From positions 64,001 to 128,000 of the forward strand of contig JAHPZE010000007.1 of NCBI GenBank assembly GCA_019058365.1: a DNA stretch of 64,000 nt, given 5' to 3'. Position numbers and translations under genes: made by a program. The DNA is from Promethearchaeota archaeon (GTDB taxonomy: Archaea > Asgardarchaeota > Lokiarchaeia > Sigyniarchaeales > SOKP01). Positions within the stretch are counted from its first letter, which is position 1. Each line of letters starts with the position of its first letter. The notes under the pieces are model-generated. The model saw only the letters and a list, made by a program, of their open reading frames with translations, was not told the DNA's origin and ran no database searches. Below are positions 13,876 to 24,335 of the stretch, one piece after another.

Positions 13876-15015
13876 ATGGATATAACTTATAAGCCTAAGG
13901 TATTCTTTACCTCAAATGTATTCTCAACTAAGGAGATTGGCTCTAATGAGCAAATATCAGAAAAATATCGCACTGCCATTGATGATCTATGGCAAGAATT
14001 AGATCAAACAGCAGAATTTCAAATATTCAATGGAAGATTTCCTTCAGAGAAAGAAATTAAAAAAGAACTAAAAATATTCAATCCAGATATTCTTGGATGT
14101 CACTTAAGTCATCCTATATCCTCAAAAATATTAAAAAACTCAAATATCTTTGCAATTTCTACATCAACAGCAGGATATAATCATATTCAACGAACTGAAG
14201 AAGATGATATCCTAATTACACATACACCGGGTATTCTTCATAAAACAGTGGCAGATTACACTATAGCTTTAATAATGGCGAATTTAAGAAATTTAATAGA
14301 TCTTCATAATTATGTATGGAATGAGCAATGGACTTCTGATGATAAATGGGATTTAGATCAATCTCTTTCCTCTGTGATAACCGATAAAACACTTGGAATT
14401 ATAGGGTTAGGTGAAATTGGGAAGGAAATAGTAAGAAAACTTTATCCTTGGGGTGTTAAAATCCTTTATAGTGATAAGAATCAAATGAAACAGTTTGAAA
14501 AAGACTATCCTTTAATTGAATTTAAAGAAAATATTAAAGATATTTTCAGAGAATCAGATATAATCAGCCTCCATATTCCCTTGAATAAATATACTATAAA
14601 TTTAGTGAATCGAGACTTACTAAAGTTAATGAAAAAAGGCTCTTTATTAATAAATACTGCACGAGGGGGCATTTTAGAACTAGAAACTCTATTAAATATG
14701 TTAGAAAATAAAGAAGTTCAAATAAATATTGCTTTTGATGTTTTTCCAGTAGAACCTATTGATTCTAATACTCTTATGCGATTGAAAAATATAAAACGTG
14801 AACAACCAAACATACGAATGATTCTAATACCCCATAATGCCTCTGCAGATGCAAATACTCGAGCTAAAATGAATATACTATTTCTAAAAGATATAATTAA
14901 GATTATAAAATCTTCTTGCATAGAAGATTTAAGGGAAATTCATATTATTCCAGAACATAAAAAATTAATAAAAGAAAGAAAATGGAGAATTTTTAATTAT
15001 TGGGAAAAAAAATGA
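13876..15015 (+). CDS. D-isomer-specific 2-hydroxyacid dehydrogenase (glyoxylate reductase-like)
   Basis: GIIGLGEIG, SLHIPL, INTARG, DVFPVEP, PHNAS. Confidence 0.9.
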   Translation: MDITYKPKVFFTSNVFSTKEIGSNEQISEKYRTAIDDLWQELDQTAEFQIFNGRFPSEKEIKKELKIFNPDILGCHLSHPISSKILKNSNIFAISTSTAGYNHIQRTEEDDILITHTPGILHKTVADYTIALIMANLRNLIDLHNYVWNEQWTSDDKWDLDQSLSSVITDKTLGIIGLGEIGKEIVRKLYPWGVKILYSDKNQMKQFEKDYPLIEFKENIKDIFRESDIISLHIPLNKYTINLVNRDLLKLMKKGSLLINTARGGILELETLLNMLENKEVQINIAFDVFPVEPIDSNTLMRLKNIKREQPNIRMILIPHNASADANTRAKMNILFLKDIIKIIKSSCIEDLREIHIIPEHKKLIKERKWRIFNYWEKK

Positions 15016-15584
15016 TTAGATCATTTATTGCTATTGAATTAAAAGATTTAGACACAATTGAGAAAATTGCTTTATTCTCTCAAAGGTTAAGGCAAAATCA
15101 GGCTAAGATTAAACTTGTAGAACCTGAAAATTTACATATGACGATAAAATTTTTAGGAAATATACCTGAGCCTTTAGCTGTTAAGATTTACAGGATTTTA
15201 CAAGAAGAAATTAATGAAAAATTATTTCAAGGAAAAAGTGTCAGATATATTCTGAAAGGCGTTGGCCAATTTAATAATTTTTCAGTTATTTGGACAAAAC
15301 TAGTAGGTGATATTCAATTTTTGCAAAACGTTAAGGATATGGTTGAAAATTACTTATTTGATAAACTACACATTGAACGCGATAAAAGAACAAAATTCAA
15401 ACCTCATCTGACTATTGCACGACTTAAGAAGGGTAAAATAAATTATAAAACATTTGAAACACTTAAGAATTTAATTACTGAGAATAAATATTTAGAGTTT
15501 GGAACTTTTATTATTAACCAAGTGAAATTAAAAAAATCACAGCTGACTCCAAGTGGCCCAATCTATTCTGACTTGGTATATTAA
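15012..15584 (+). CDS. thpR: RNA 2',3'-cyclic phosphodiesterase (2H family)
   Basis: MIRSFIAIEL, two HxT motifs (HMTIKF, HLTIAR), KSQLTPSGPIY. ATG at 15012 overlaps the upstream stop. Confidence 0.9.
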   Translation: MIRSFIAIELKDLDTIEKIALFSQRLRQNQAKIKLVEPENLHMTIKFLGNIPEPLAVKIYRILQEEINEKLFQGKSVRYILKGVGQFNNFSVIWTKLVGDIQFLQNVKDMVENYLFDKLHIERDKRTKFKPHLTIARLKKGKINYKTFETLKNLITENKYLEFGTFIINQVKLKKSQLTPSGPIYSDLVY

Positions 15585-16277
15585 ATGCAGAGAAAAAAAC
15601 CTATTAAAGCGATCGTTTGGGATTTAGATGGTACGTTAATTCATTTTAAGATCGATTACCTACGAGCACGGAGAATTGCTATAGAAATCCTAAAAAGCTA
15701 TGGAATTCCTAAACGTCTCCTTACGATTAATATTTCTATTTTAGAAAATATGAAATCTGCCAGAGAATTTTTTGAAAAGGAAGGTTTGTCTCAGAAAAAA
15801 ATAAATGAAATAATAGAAGAAGTGGATAATGAGATTATAAAAATAGAATACGATGCTGCTAACAATGCTACAATGATAAATGGAATAGACCAAGTATTGG
15901 AATTTGCCAAGAACAATAATCTAAAGCAAGCAATTTTTACATTTAATACAAAAAGAAATGCAGAAATTTCTCTCAAAAAAGTGAATTTATTACAATATTT
16001 TAACCTTATTGTCGGAAGGGATAATATTACCAATTTAAAACCCCATCCAGAACATTTAACTTATATATGTAACCAGCTAAACATAAAATCCGACGAAATT
16101 TTAATAATTGGAGATAATATCCGTGATATTGAGGCTGCTATCAATGTAGGAGCTCATTCTATAGCATTAAATACAAAGTTAGCTAAAGTTGAAACCCTCC
16201 AAATAGCAGATAAAATAGTTAAAGAAAATGAAATACCATTAAAATTAATAGAAGAAATTGAAAAACTTATAAATTAA
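15585..16277 (+). CDS. HAD-family hydrolase (phosphoglycolate phosphatase-like)
   Basis: DLDGTL, KPHPE, IGDNIRD. Confidence 0.88.
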   Translation: MQRKKPIKAIVWDLDGTLIHFKIDYLRARRIAIEILKSYGIPKRLLTINISILENMKSAREFFEKEGLSQKKINEIIEEVDNEIIKIEYDAANNATMINGIDQVLEFAKNNNLKQAIFTFNTKRNAEISLKKVNLLQYFNLIVGRDNITNLKPHPEHLTYICNQLNIKSDEILIIGDNIRDIEAAINVGAHSIALNTKLAKVETLQIADKIVKENEIPLKLIEEIEKLIN

Positions 16278-16287
16278 AAAAAAAAAT

Positions 16288-16331
16288 AATAAAATATCAA
16301 TAAAATATCAATATAATATCAATAAAATATC
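16288..16331. repeat. 4 x 11-bp tandem repeat AATAAAATATC
   Basis: Units start at 16288, 16299, 16310 (one mismatch) and 16321. Confidence 0.85.
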
Positions 16332-16380
16332 CACTAAATCTATTATTGTATAATTACATACAAGGGTTTAAAATAAAATA

Positions 16381-16635
16381 ATGAAAGTAGAATTTCTTTT
16401 GGATGTTCTCAAACCTCATCAACCCGATTCATATATTGTGGCTAAAGAATTAATGAAAGTTACTGGGGTATCAAGAGTTAGTGTTAAAGTAGATGAATTA
16501 GATCAAAAAACAGCTTCTTTACATATTCACATTGAGGGGAGTAATCTCTCCTTTGAAGAAATAACTGAAACACTTGCAATGAATAATTGCGCTTTGCACA
16601 GTCTAGATGAGGTTATTTGTGAAGAAAAAGATTAA
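16381..16635 (+). CDS. DUF211-family archaeal protein
   Basis: LDVLKPH...HSLDEV signature. Confidence 0.8.
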   Translation: MKVEFLLDVLKPHQPDSYIVAKELMKVTGVSRVSVKVDELDQKTASLHIHIEGSNLSFEEITETLAMNNCALHSLDEVICEEKD

Positions 16636-16733
16636 TTAAATCTTTATTTCATATTTTTTTAAATATTGGACTAACCAAAAAAATAAAAATTAGATATACC
16701 GATTTTATTTACAATAAGAAAATTTTTATTGAG

Positions 16734-17087
16734 ATGCAAGATCCAAGTATAATTAAAATCATTCAAGAACAAGGAGAAATCAATGATGAATTAGATTTTG
16801 CCTTAATGAATTACTTACTTCAAAATCGAGGTCCTGGTTTTACTGCTTGTCAACCCTCTTTAGTGGAACTTGAAGGGGGTAAGAAAGCTATTAAAATGAA
16901 TATAGATCATACATTTGTTAATAAAGATAACCAACTAATGGGTTTAGGTATAGTTGGCAAGATTTACGTTGATTTAGATTCTCTTCAAGTGATTTATTGC
17001 ACCCCCAAGGAAGATTTAGAAAGTAATATCAAAGTATTAAAATCAGCTGAAATTGAACCTGAACCTCGACCAAAAGGAAAATATTAA
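16734..17087 (+). CDS. Hypothetical protein
   Basis: 117-aa ORF with protein-like composition, co-oriented with neighbours. Confidence 0.65.
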   Translation: MQDPSIIKIIQEQGEINDELDFALMNYLLQNRGPGFTACQPSLVELEGGKKAIKMNIDHTFVNKDNQLMGLGIVGKIYVDLDSLQVIYCTPKEDLESNIKVLKSAEIEPEPRPKGKY

Positions 17088-17184
17088 TTTGTTATCAATT
17101 CTCAGTTTTGATAAAGTAGGAAGATATATCCTCGTGGGGAAAAAAATATAAAATTAACTTCATTCTTAACCTTACTGAATTATA

Positions 17185-17733
17185 ATGTCGAGTAAAGAAA
17201 GTAATATCACACAACTAATCCAAGACTATTTGTTAGACGAAGGATTATTACGAGGAAAAGTTTCTGATCCTAAACTTGAATTTGGTTTTCAATTCATTTT
17301 TCCTCCTGGAAAAGATCTCCTAGGCCGACCCGTTGGTAGAAATATGGTAGTTTTTCGACCTAAAAATAAAGGGCTAATTATTGTTAGTTTAGGAGTACAG
17401 ATTTCAGAACCACATATAAATGCTTTGAATTCCCTAGAAAATAACAAAAAAATGAACTTTTTCATGGATTTAAGAAAATCTTTTCTTTTAAAAGATGTTT
17501 TTTATCGAATAGATATAAAAAATCATAGATTTGAAATAATCGATCAAATATTCCTTGATAAGGAAGAATCTATCTCAAAGAATTCTTTATTTAAAATGAT
17601 TCGAAAGGTTTTTAATTGTGCTGCTTATAGTAATTTTATTTTAGACGAATATTGTGCTGGTAAAATAAAACCAGAAGATTTTTTGAAAGCTAAAGAATTT
17701 ACATCTGATTCTGATTTTTCTCTATATTCATAA
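17185..17733 (+). CDS. DUF2299-like archaeal protein
   Basis: IQDYLLDEG start, ISEPH motif; family recalled from pattern. Confidence 0.55.
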   Translation: MSSKESNITQLIQDYLLDEGLLRGKVSDPKLEFGFQFIFPPGKDLLGRPVGRNMVVFRPKNKGLIIVSLGVQISEPHINALNSLENNKKMNFFMDLRKSFLLKDVFYRIDIKNHRFEIIDQIFLDKEESISKNSLFKMIRKVFNCAAYSNFILDEYCAGKIKPEDFLKAKEFTSDSDFSLYS

Positions 17734-17757
17734 TTTCAATTTTATATATTACGGTGA

Positions 17758-18285
17758 ATGAAAATTTTTAAGAAGTGGTTGCAAGCACTAGGAAAACTAG
17801 AGTATGTTCAGGGAAAAGCAAGGCCAAATGTAGATTGCATATTTTGTGCTGTACGTGATAATGATGAAAGAGTAAAATCCTTAAAAATTTATGAAGATAA
17901 TTTGTGTTTTATTGTATTAAATCTATACCCTTATAATCCTGCCCATTTAATGATTGTTACTCATAGGCATTTAACTAAATTCATTGAACTTACTAAAGAA
18001 GAATTAATCCATATTAATAGGACCATTCAAGGAATACAATTGTTATTAAACAATTTATATAATCCCAAAGGATATAATATTGGTATTAATCAAGGACGAG
18101 ATGCAGGGGGTAGTATAGAACATTTACATTTTCATATAATTCCTAGATATGGATCTGAACTTGGATTTATTGATATAGTAGGAGAAACTCGTGTTTTACC
18201 CGAAAGTTTAGATTCTGTTAAAAAAAAATTAGAAAGTGTAATTTATGAATTTTTAAATGAGGAATTTTTTAAGAATTTTAAATGA
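17758..18285 (+). CDS. HIT-family nucleotide hydrolase (Ap4A phosphorylase/FHIT-like)
   Basis: CIFC, NLYPYNPAHLM, GYNIGINQG..AGGSIEHLHFHIIPR. Confidence 0.92.
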   Translation: MKIFKKWLQALGKLEYVQGKARPNVDCIFCAVRDNDERVKSLKIYEDNLCFIVLNLYPYNPAHLMIVTHRHLTKFIELTKEELIHINRTIQGIQLLLNNLYNPKGYNIGINQGRDAGGSIEHLHFHIIPRYGSELGFIDIVGETRVLPESLDSVKKKLESVIYEFLNEEFFKNFK

Positions 18286-18503
18286 TTTTAAAATCAATAA
18301 GATTTAGATTCTTCGAATTTAGAATGATATTCAAGATTTAAAATTAACAGAATTCTTTTTTTATATTAACATCATATATATCAAAATGAAAAGTTTTCTA
18401 TACTTCTCTGATCAAATTATAATCTAACCATCATAAAGCTTTTAAAGTCTATTAATAAAAAAAAAGAAAAAAAATGATTCTTAATTATAAAAATCTGAAG
18501 CAT

Positions 18504-18740
18504 TTATCTTGTAGCATTTCGAATATCTGCAGCTGTTACTCGTTTACGTTTATCAGCTTTACAAACTTTAATAGCATCTTTAGTTGCTGTAGCTGCACTC
18601 GTTTCAAGGAAGTTAATAAGTTTATCTAACGCCTCTGCAGCTACAAGATCTGCTCCTTCTTTCTTCATAAGTCTGCGAATAGGTGCCTTAGCAATATATC
18701 CTTCAGCTTTCTTTTTTGCTGGAGCACTCTTTTTAGCCAT
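18504..18740 (-). CDS. Archaeal histone with short Lys-rich N-terminal tail
   Basis: IAKAPIRRLMK.EGA, RKRVTAADI histone-fold motifs; GTGGAGG RBS upstream. Confidence 0.92.
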   Translation of the reverse strand: MAKKSAPAKKKAEGYIAKAPIRRLMKKEGADLVAAEALDKLINFLETSAATATKDAIKVCKADKRKRVTAADIRNATR

Positions 18741-19362
18741 AATTATTCCTCCACTATTTAATTAGTTAATTTTAATTTATTTTTTTAGATGTTAATTATG
18801 TATAACTACACATTTCTATTATATAAATGTTATGATTGGAATCAATATCAGTATGAAAGAGCAATAAGAGATCATATTGAATCGAAAATGAGATCGTTTT
18901 ATTAATTTGATATTAATTTTTCCGACTAAAATTAAAAATTTAATTTTATTAAATAAAGCCGTAGTTTCTTGATTTTTTGAGTTTTTACTTTTATTCATAA
19001 TTCAATTCAATCCAATATAATTTATTAATCATTAATTAATTTATTTTGAAAGATTAATGATTTGGGAATTAAAAAAAATATAAATTTGACTTTATAAAAC
19101 CTTGAACTCTAATTTTTTTGAACTTTAACTGCTATGAGCAAATCAATAAATAAAGTCAATAAAAAATAATTGCTAATCGATTTTTTAAATTTTTAATGAC
19201 TTTATAAAGTTTTAAGAAATAAATTTTTTGAGCTTGTAATCCTTAAAAACTAAAATTTGATAGCATTTTGTTTTTTTGAGATCTAAAAATTAAAATACTA
19301 AATGTTTGATTAAAGTATTATAAAAAATAGTTACGGATTTCGCCAATAGTTTTTAAAAATTT

Positions 19363-20193
19363 ATGTCGACAAAGAAAAAACTAAATGACTTTGAAATTGA
19401 GGAAGCACTTCAAACATTGGGATTTACAAAAAATGACTCCAAAGTATTACTCACATTGTGTAAGTTCAAGATTTTAAGCCCAGCAGATATTGCAAAGCAT
19501 TCAGGGGTTGACCGAGCAAGGGTTTATGATTCTTTGAACCGATTAATTGAAAAAGGCTTTATTCAAAAAGAACCTATTAAACGTGGTGCTAATTATCAAG
19601 TAATCCCTATTGAAAGAATCTTTAAGGTAATTCGGGATGAATATAAGATAAAAATTGAAGATACTCTATCCCTAGAAAAGATTATTAGTGAATTGGAAAT
19701 TGGTAAAGAGGAATCTGAACCACGGGTTTGGTCAATTAATTCTAGGTCTAAAATTCGGAAAAAAGTCAAAGAATTAATTATTTCAGCAAAAGAGAGGATC
19801 TTTTTTATAATTACGCCTGATTTGCTTATGCAAGAATTAGGAGGTTATGATTGGGTACTAAAGGAACTTTGGAATAAAAAATTCTCTTCAGAAATTCAAA
19901 TCGTTGTTGCTTTAAAATATAATGACCTTTTAAAAGAAGAAGTTAAAAAGTTATTAAATATCTCAGTGATAATTCATTCTATTGAGGGAGATAATGTTAT
20001 TCCTTTTGGATTATTGATAACTGATAATCAATTTTTACTTACAACATTAGATAGCGTGCGAGAAGCGCCAGAATATACCTCAGGCTTATGGTTAGAAAAT
20101 GGTACTCCAAAACAGATTGTAGGATATGAACATTTGTTTAAACATTTCATTACAAGTGAATGTAAATCTATTCAACTAGTGCAAAAAAATTAG
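19363..20193 (+). CDS. TrmB-family transcriptional regulator
   Basis: LGFT...DIAKHSGVDRARVYDSLNRLIEKGFI wHTH plus PLD-like effector domain. Confidence 0.9.
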   Translation: MSTKKKLNDFEIEEALQTLGFTKNDSKVLLTLCKFKILSPADIAKHSGVDRARVYDSLNRLIEKGFIQKEPIKRGANYQVIPIERIFKVIRDEYKIKIEDTLSLEKIISELEIGKEESEPRVWSINSRSKIRKKVKELIISAKERIFFIITPDLLMQELGGYDWVLKELWNKKFSSEIQIVVALKYNDLLKEEVKKLLNISVIIHSIEGDNVIPFGLLITDNQFLLTTLDSVREAPEYTSGLWLENGTPKQIVGYEHLFKHFITSECKSIQLVQKN

Positions 20194-20309
20194 ATTCTTT
20201 AATTTAATTAAAAATATATTGGTGTAAATTATTAAAAAAATATATAACTAAAGTCAAAAATTATTAATTAGATCTTAAATATTATCTAAGGATAGGGGAA
20301 TAAAGTCTT

Positions 20310-20867
20310 ATGTCTTACCGTGGAAAAGTAATTCTATGCGGAGATGCGGGAGTTGGCAAAACAAGTCTATTAGCTCAATATGTTGATGACCAATTTAGTG
20401 AGGAATACCATCAAACTATAGGAGCAAATTTTTTAATAAAGGAAATCGATTTAAGCAGAATAATTGATAAATTAGAGTTAAAAAATCTAAAATTAAAAAA
20501 TGACATAAAACAAAAGGGATTTAAGCTCTATTTTTGGGATATTGGAGGGCAATCAGATAAACTTTGGGCTAATGAATATTATTTCGTCCAAGCGGTTGGA
20601 GCCATGGTTATTTTTAGCTTAGAAAAAGTCTCTTCTTTTGATCATATAGATTTTTGGATTTCAAAGTTAAAGGAATTAAGTGGAGATATACCATATATAG
20701 TGGTTGGAAATAAAGTTGATTTGAAAAGAGAAATTAATACAGAAATGATAGAAAACAAGCTTAAAGAATTAGGAGTTATGTATTTTGAAACTTCCGCAAA
20801 ATTGAATGACAACGTTGATGAGGCATTCGAAAGTTTATCGGTTCAAATTTTAAATACTTTTAAATAA
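20310..20867 (+). CDS. Rab/Ras-superfamily small GTPase
   Basis: GDAGVGKTS, TIGANF, WDIGGQ, NKVD, ETSAK. Confidence 0.95.
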   Translation: MSYRGKVILCGDAGVGKTSLLAQYVDDQFSEEYHQTIGANFLIKEIDLSRIIDKLELKNLKLKNDIKQKGFKLYFWDIGGQSDKLWANEYYFVQAVGAMVIFSLEKVSSFDHIDFWISKLKELSGDIPYIVVGNKVDLKREINTEMIENKLKELGVMYFETSAKLNDNVDEAFESLSVQILNTFK

Positions 20868-20900
20868 ATTCCACATAATCTTAAATATTAAAATTTATTT

Positions 20901-21707
20901 TTGACTTTAATACTTACATTTTATTTTTGTTTAGAGGATTTTCAAGCAATTATTATGAGTATTCTATTGATCCCTATTGCCCCGTTATCGAGAACAAAAT
21001 CTCGTCTCAGAGATTGTTTTTCAGTTGAACAACTTAGAGATTTAACAATTGCAATGTTCAAGGATCTTGGAAAAACTTTAACACAAGTGAATTGTTTTGA
21101 TAAAAAGGTAGTTTACTGTAATACGCCTGAAATATTAGAAATTGCTTATGACTATGACTTAATAGGGATTAAAGAAGAATTAGCAACTCCGCCAAAATCA
21201 TTTGATAATGTAATTAAAGATCTTAATAATATTGCTATTAAAAAGTTTAATGCAAAACAGACAATATTTTCTTTTCTGGATTTAATTTTAATCTCTGCTG
21301 AAAACTTCTATGAAATTGATACACTTGTAAAAAAGAATCAGTTAGTCATATGCCCTGCAATTCATTCTGCGGGAATTTCTATTTTAGGAAGGAATCCTCC
21401 TGATGTGATTTCATCATATTTTTCTCATCCAAACAAACCTTCTTTAATTGCTTTATTTACTAATGCTTACAAGAGAGGAATAGAAAAAATAGCTATCTAT
21501 GATTCTTTTAGAGCTGGTTTTGATATAGATATAAAACAGGATTTAGTACTCGCTTATGAGTATTTAAAAATTCTTAAATTAATGGATACAGAAGTCTTTA
21601 GATTCTTAAAGAGTAATTTAAAGTTCTCTATCAAAAAAATTAATGCTAACAATAATCGATCTTTTAAAATAACAGAAAGAGAACAAGGAATTAAAAAGAA
21701 AAAGTAA
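20901..21707 (+). CDS. cofC: 2-phospho-L-lactate/PEP guanylyltransferase (F420 biosynthesis); true start probably the internal Met of MSILLIP
   Basis: ILLIP...TKSRL...AMFKD...FDIDIKQDL pattern of CofC. Confidence 0.7.
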   Translation: MTLILTFYFCLEDFQAIIMSILLIPIAPLSRTKSRLRDCFSVEQLRDLTIAMFKDLGKTLTQVNCFDKKVVYCNTPEILEIAYDYDLIGIKEELATPPKSFDNVIKDLNNIAIKKFNAKQTIFSFLDLILISAENFYEIDTLVKKNQLVICPAIHSAGISILGRNPPDVISSYFSHPNKPSLIALFTNAYKRGIEKIAIYDSFRAGFDIDIKQDLVLAYEYLKILKLMDTEVFRFLKSNLKFSIKKINANNNRSFKITEREQGIKKKK

Positions 21708-22923
21708 TATTTATTTTCACTTTCTCTTTTAAGATTTCTTCTATAGAATTCTGGAATTCTTCCCTTTCAGTTTTAAGAGTTCCGAGATATCTAGTGTAAT
21801 CTTTGTTTTTTCTCTCAAAATCATTTTGAATGTGCTCTAACTTCACAGTATTTATAGAAATTTCATTTTTTAAATCATCTAATTTTTGAGCGAGCCCAGC
21901 TTCTAGAATTACTAGTTCAATTTCTTTAATTTCATCTTTTAATTGTAAATATTTTTCAATATTTTCTTGTAATTGTTTTTCATTAAAAATTGCATTTATT
22001 TGTTCTATTGTTTTCTGTTTAGTATCTGTTTTAAGATTTAATCTATTCTCTTCTAGACTATGACGTAGCTGTACCATAAGACTTGTGAATTTTGGTAAAT
22101 TTTTTCGTTCGTTAGCTAATATTTTAATTGGATTTTTAATAAAATCTCTTAAATAATTTAAATCAATATTCGGAACATGAATTGTACCTTTTTCTAATTC
22201 AAACCTTAGCTTTTTCAATGCTTTCTTAAAACCTATTTCATCATTAATCGCTAATTGTAATTGAAAAAGATTATCCTTTTCAACTTCCAATCTCTTGAAA
22301 AGCTCATTTTTTTCTAAATCTAACAAATTTGAATTTAATTCTTCTTGTTTTTTATTGCGTTCCTCTAACTGCTTTTTAAACTCATCTAAATCCAACTTCG
22401 CATGCTCAATATTATCTTTAAGGTGAAAGAGTTTTGGTAGCTTTTTAAGGAAATTTTCAGCATTTCTTACATCGGTATATTTCTTTCTTAAAAATGTGTC
22501 CAAATCTGCTTGTTTTTTACCTAATTTTCGAGTAATGTAATTTAATTCTTTAATTTCTGCTTGGACTTCTTTATGAAACTTCGGTAAAGATTTTCTAGCG
22601 ATTTCATTAATACTTGTAAATAATCTCTTAATAGAATTTAACAATTCCATCATATTATCATAATTTATTTCCTTTTCAGGAATTTCTATCTCTTCAATTT
22701 CTTTTCTAATTCTGTCTGAGAAAAAGTTTAATGATCTTTGAGCTTTTTGATCGATCTTTTCCTTACCCGTCTCTAAAAAGTGATCTAAACATACTTTTAT
22801 TTCAAATAAATTCTCTCTAATCTCAGTAAGTAATTTTTTGATCGCTCTCCTTAATTTAAAGAATTGAGATTCGAGCTTCTCTTTATAAAATTCTTCGAAC
22901 TCCTCTAAATCTTTTTCTATCAT
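21691..22923 (-). CDS. Helical/coiled-coil hypothetical protein
   Basis: 410-aa charged, all-helical ORF immediately downstream of serS. Confidence 0.7.
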   Translation of the reverse strand: MIEKDLEEFEEFYKEKLESQFFKLRRAIKKLLTEIRENLFEIKVCLDHFLETGKEKIDQKAQRSLNFFSDRIRKEIEEIEIPEKEINYDNMMELLNSIKRLFTSINEIARKSLPKFHKEVQAEIKELNYITRKLGKKQADLDTFLRKKYTDVRNAENFLKKLPKLFHLKDNIEHAKLDLDEFKKQLEERNKKQEELNSNLLDLEKNELFKRLEVEKDNLFQLQLAINDEIGFKKALKKLRFELEKGTIHVPNIDLNYLRDFIKNPIKILANERKNLPKFTSLMVQLRHSLEENRLNLKTDTKQKTIEQINAIFNEKQLQENIEKYLQLKDEIKEIELVILEAGLAQKLDDLKNEISINTVKLEHIQNDFERKNKDYTRYLGTLKTEREEFQNSIEEILKEKVKINITFSF

Positions 22924-22936
22924 TTTCTTTTAAGTT

Positions 22937-24226
22937 TTATTTTATTGACTTAATAATCTTTCTTCCATCCATATATTTTTGGAGTACGTCAGGTATTGAT
23001 ACCGAATGATCCTTGTTTTGATAATTTTCAAGGATACAACAGATGGTACGTTCGGTTGCTATTGCAGTTGCATTTAATGTATGCACAACCTTTTTAGCTT
23101 CTTCAGAACCAACCTTTCCTATTCTAATTTTTAATTTTCTTGCTTGATAATCTAAACAGTTGCTGCATGAAACTAATTCACGATATGTATTTGAAGCAGG
23201 AAACCATGCTTCTAAATCATACTTTTTAGCAGCATTATCATTTAATTCTCCTGAAACTATATTTACTATTCGATACGGTAGCTTTAATTCTTTGTAAAGT
23301 TCTTCAGAATTAGCGATTAATTCTTCATGATGTTTCCATGAATCTTCGGGTTTACAAAATATAAATTGTTCAACCTTTTCAAATCGATGTACTCTAAATA
23401 TTCCGAGGGTATCTTTTCCATGTGAACCGGCTTCTCTTCTAAAACATGATGAGATACCTGCATATTTAAGTGGCAATCTCTTGGGGTCAATTATTTCGTT
23501 ATAATGGTAAGCTGCTAAGGTTTGTTCAGAAGTAGCAATCATGTAAAGATCTTCTCCATCAATTTTATAAAGCTGCTCTTCAAAATCAGTTAATTCTGCT
23601 GCAGCTTTCATTATTTCATGTTTAGTAAAGAAAGGTGTCCACATTGGGATATAATTTTTACTCAATAATTTTTCTAAAGCATATTTCAAAAGAGCTAAGT
23701 TGAGTAGGACTATATCTCCTTTTAAATAAAAAAATCTTGATCCGGCTATCTCTGAAGCTTTTTTAGTATCTGCTCCATCAATTTTTGAAATTAAATCAAC
23801 ATGAGAAATTGGAATAAAATCAAACTTTGGGATTTTGCCTACAATTCTCACAATTTCATTTTCTTCTTCTGTTTTACCAATAGGAACTGATTCATGGAGT
23901 ATATTACCTACCATATAGCGATACTTTTCTCTTTTCTCTAGATAGTCTTCCTTCAATTCTTCTAATTCATCAATATTTTCTTTTATTTCTTTTGATTTAT
24001 TGATTGCTTCCTCGACTTTTTTATTATCCTTTACTTTTTTATACACTCCAATTTTAACAGAAATCTCATTTCTTTTTTTCCTTAAATCTTGTAATTCTTG
24101 TAAGACTGACCTCCACTTTTTATCATATTCTAAAACATTTTCAACATTTATAGGGTTTTTAAACCTTTTTTTCTCTGATTCAATTATTTTGTCAAGATTC
24201 TTTCTGAATAGTTCAATATCAAGCAA
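22937..24226 (-). CDS. serS: Seryl-tRNA synthetase (standard type)
   Basis: N-terminal coiled arm, ATSEQ, FRREAG, GIFRVHRFEKVEQF, ELVSCSNC, HTLN. Confidence 0.97.
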   Translation of the reverse strand: MLDIELFRKNLDKIIESEKKRFKNPINVENVLEYDKKWRSVLQELQDLRKKRNEISVKIGVYKKVKDNKKVEEAINKSKEIKENIDELEELKEDYLEKREKYRYMVGNILHESVPIGKTEEENEIVRIVGKIPKFDFIPISHVDLISKIDGADTKKASEIAGSRFFYLKGDIVLLNLALLKYALEKLLSKNYIPMWTPFFTKHEIMKAAAELTDFEEQLYKIDGEDLYMIATSEQTLAAYHYNEIIDPKRLPLKYAGISSCFRREAGSHGKDTLGIFRVHRFEKVEQFIFCKPEDSWKHHEELIANSEELYKELKLPYRIVNIVSGELNDNAAKKYDLEAWFPASNTYRELVSCSNCLDYQARKLKIRIGKVGSEEAKKVVHTLNATAIATERTICCILENYQNKDHSVSIPDVLQKYMDGRKIIKSIK

Positions 24227-24335
24227 AGTAAGTCCCTTTATTATTATGGAAACCGGTTTTTATTATTAGAATTTAAAGATTATTATTAAATTAAAATGTG
24301 AAATTTATTCATAAATATTATTATAAAAATTGATA

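Noticed and set aside
16288-16331. Possible CRISPR array
   Set aside because: 11-bp units without spacers, and no cas genes. No CRISPR array was seen in the window.
18741-19362. Possible replication origin
   Set aside because: No recognisable ORB (G-string) repeats and no orc1/cdc6 nearby
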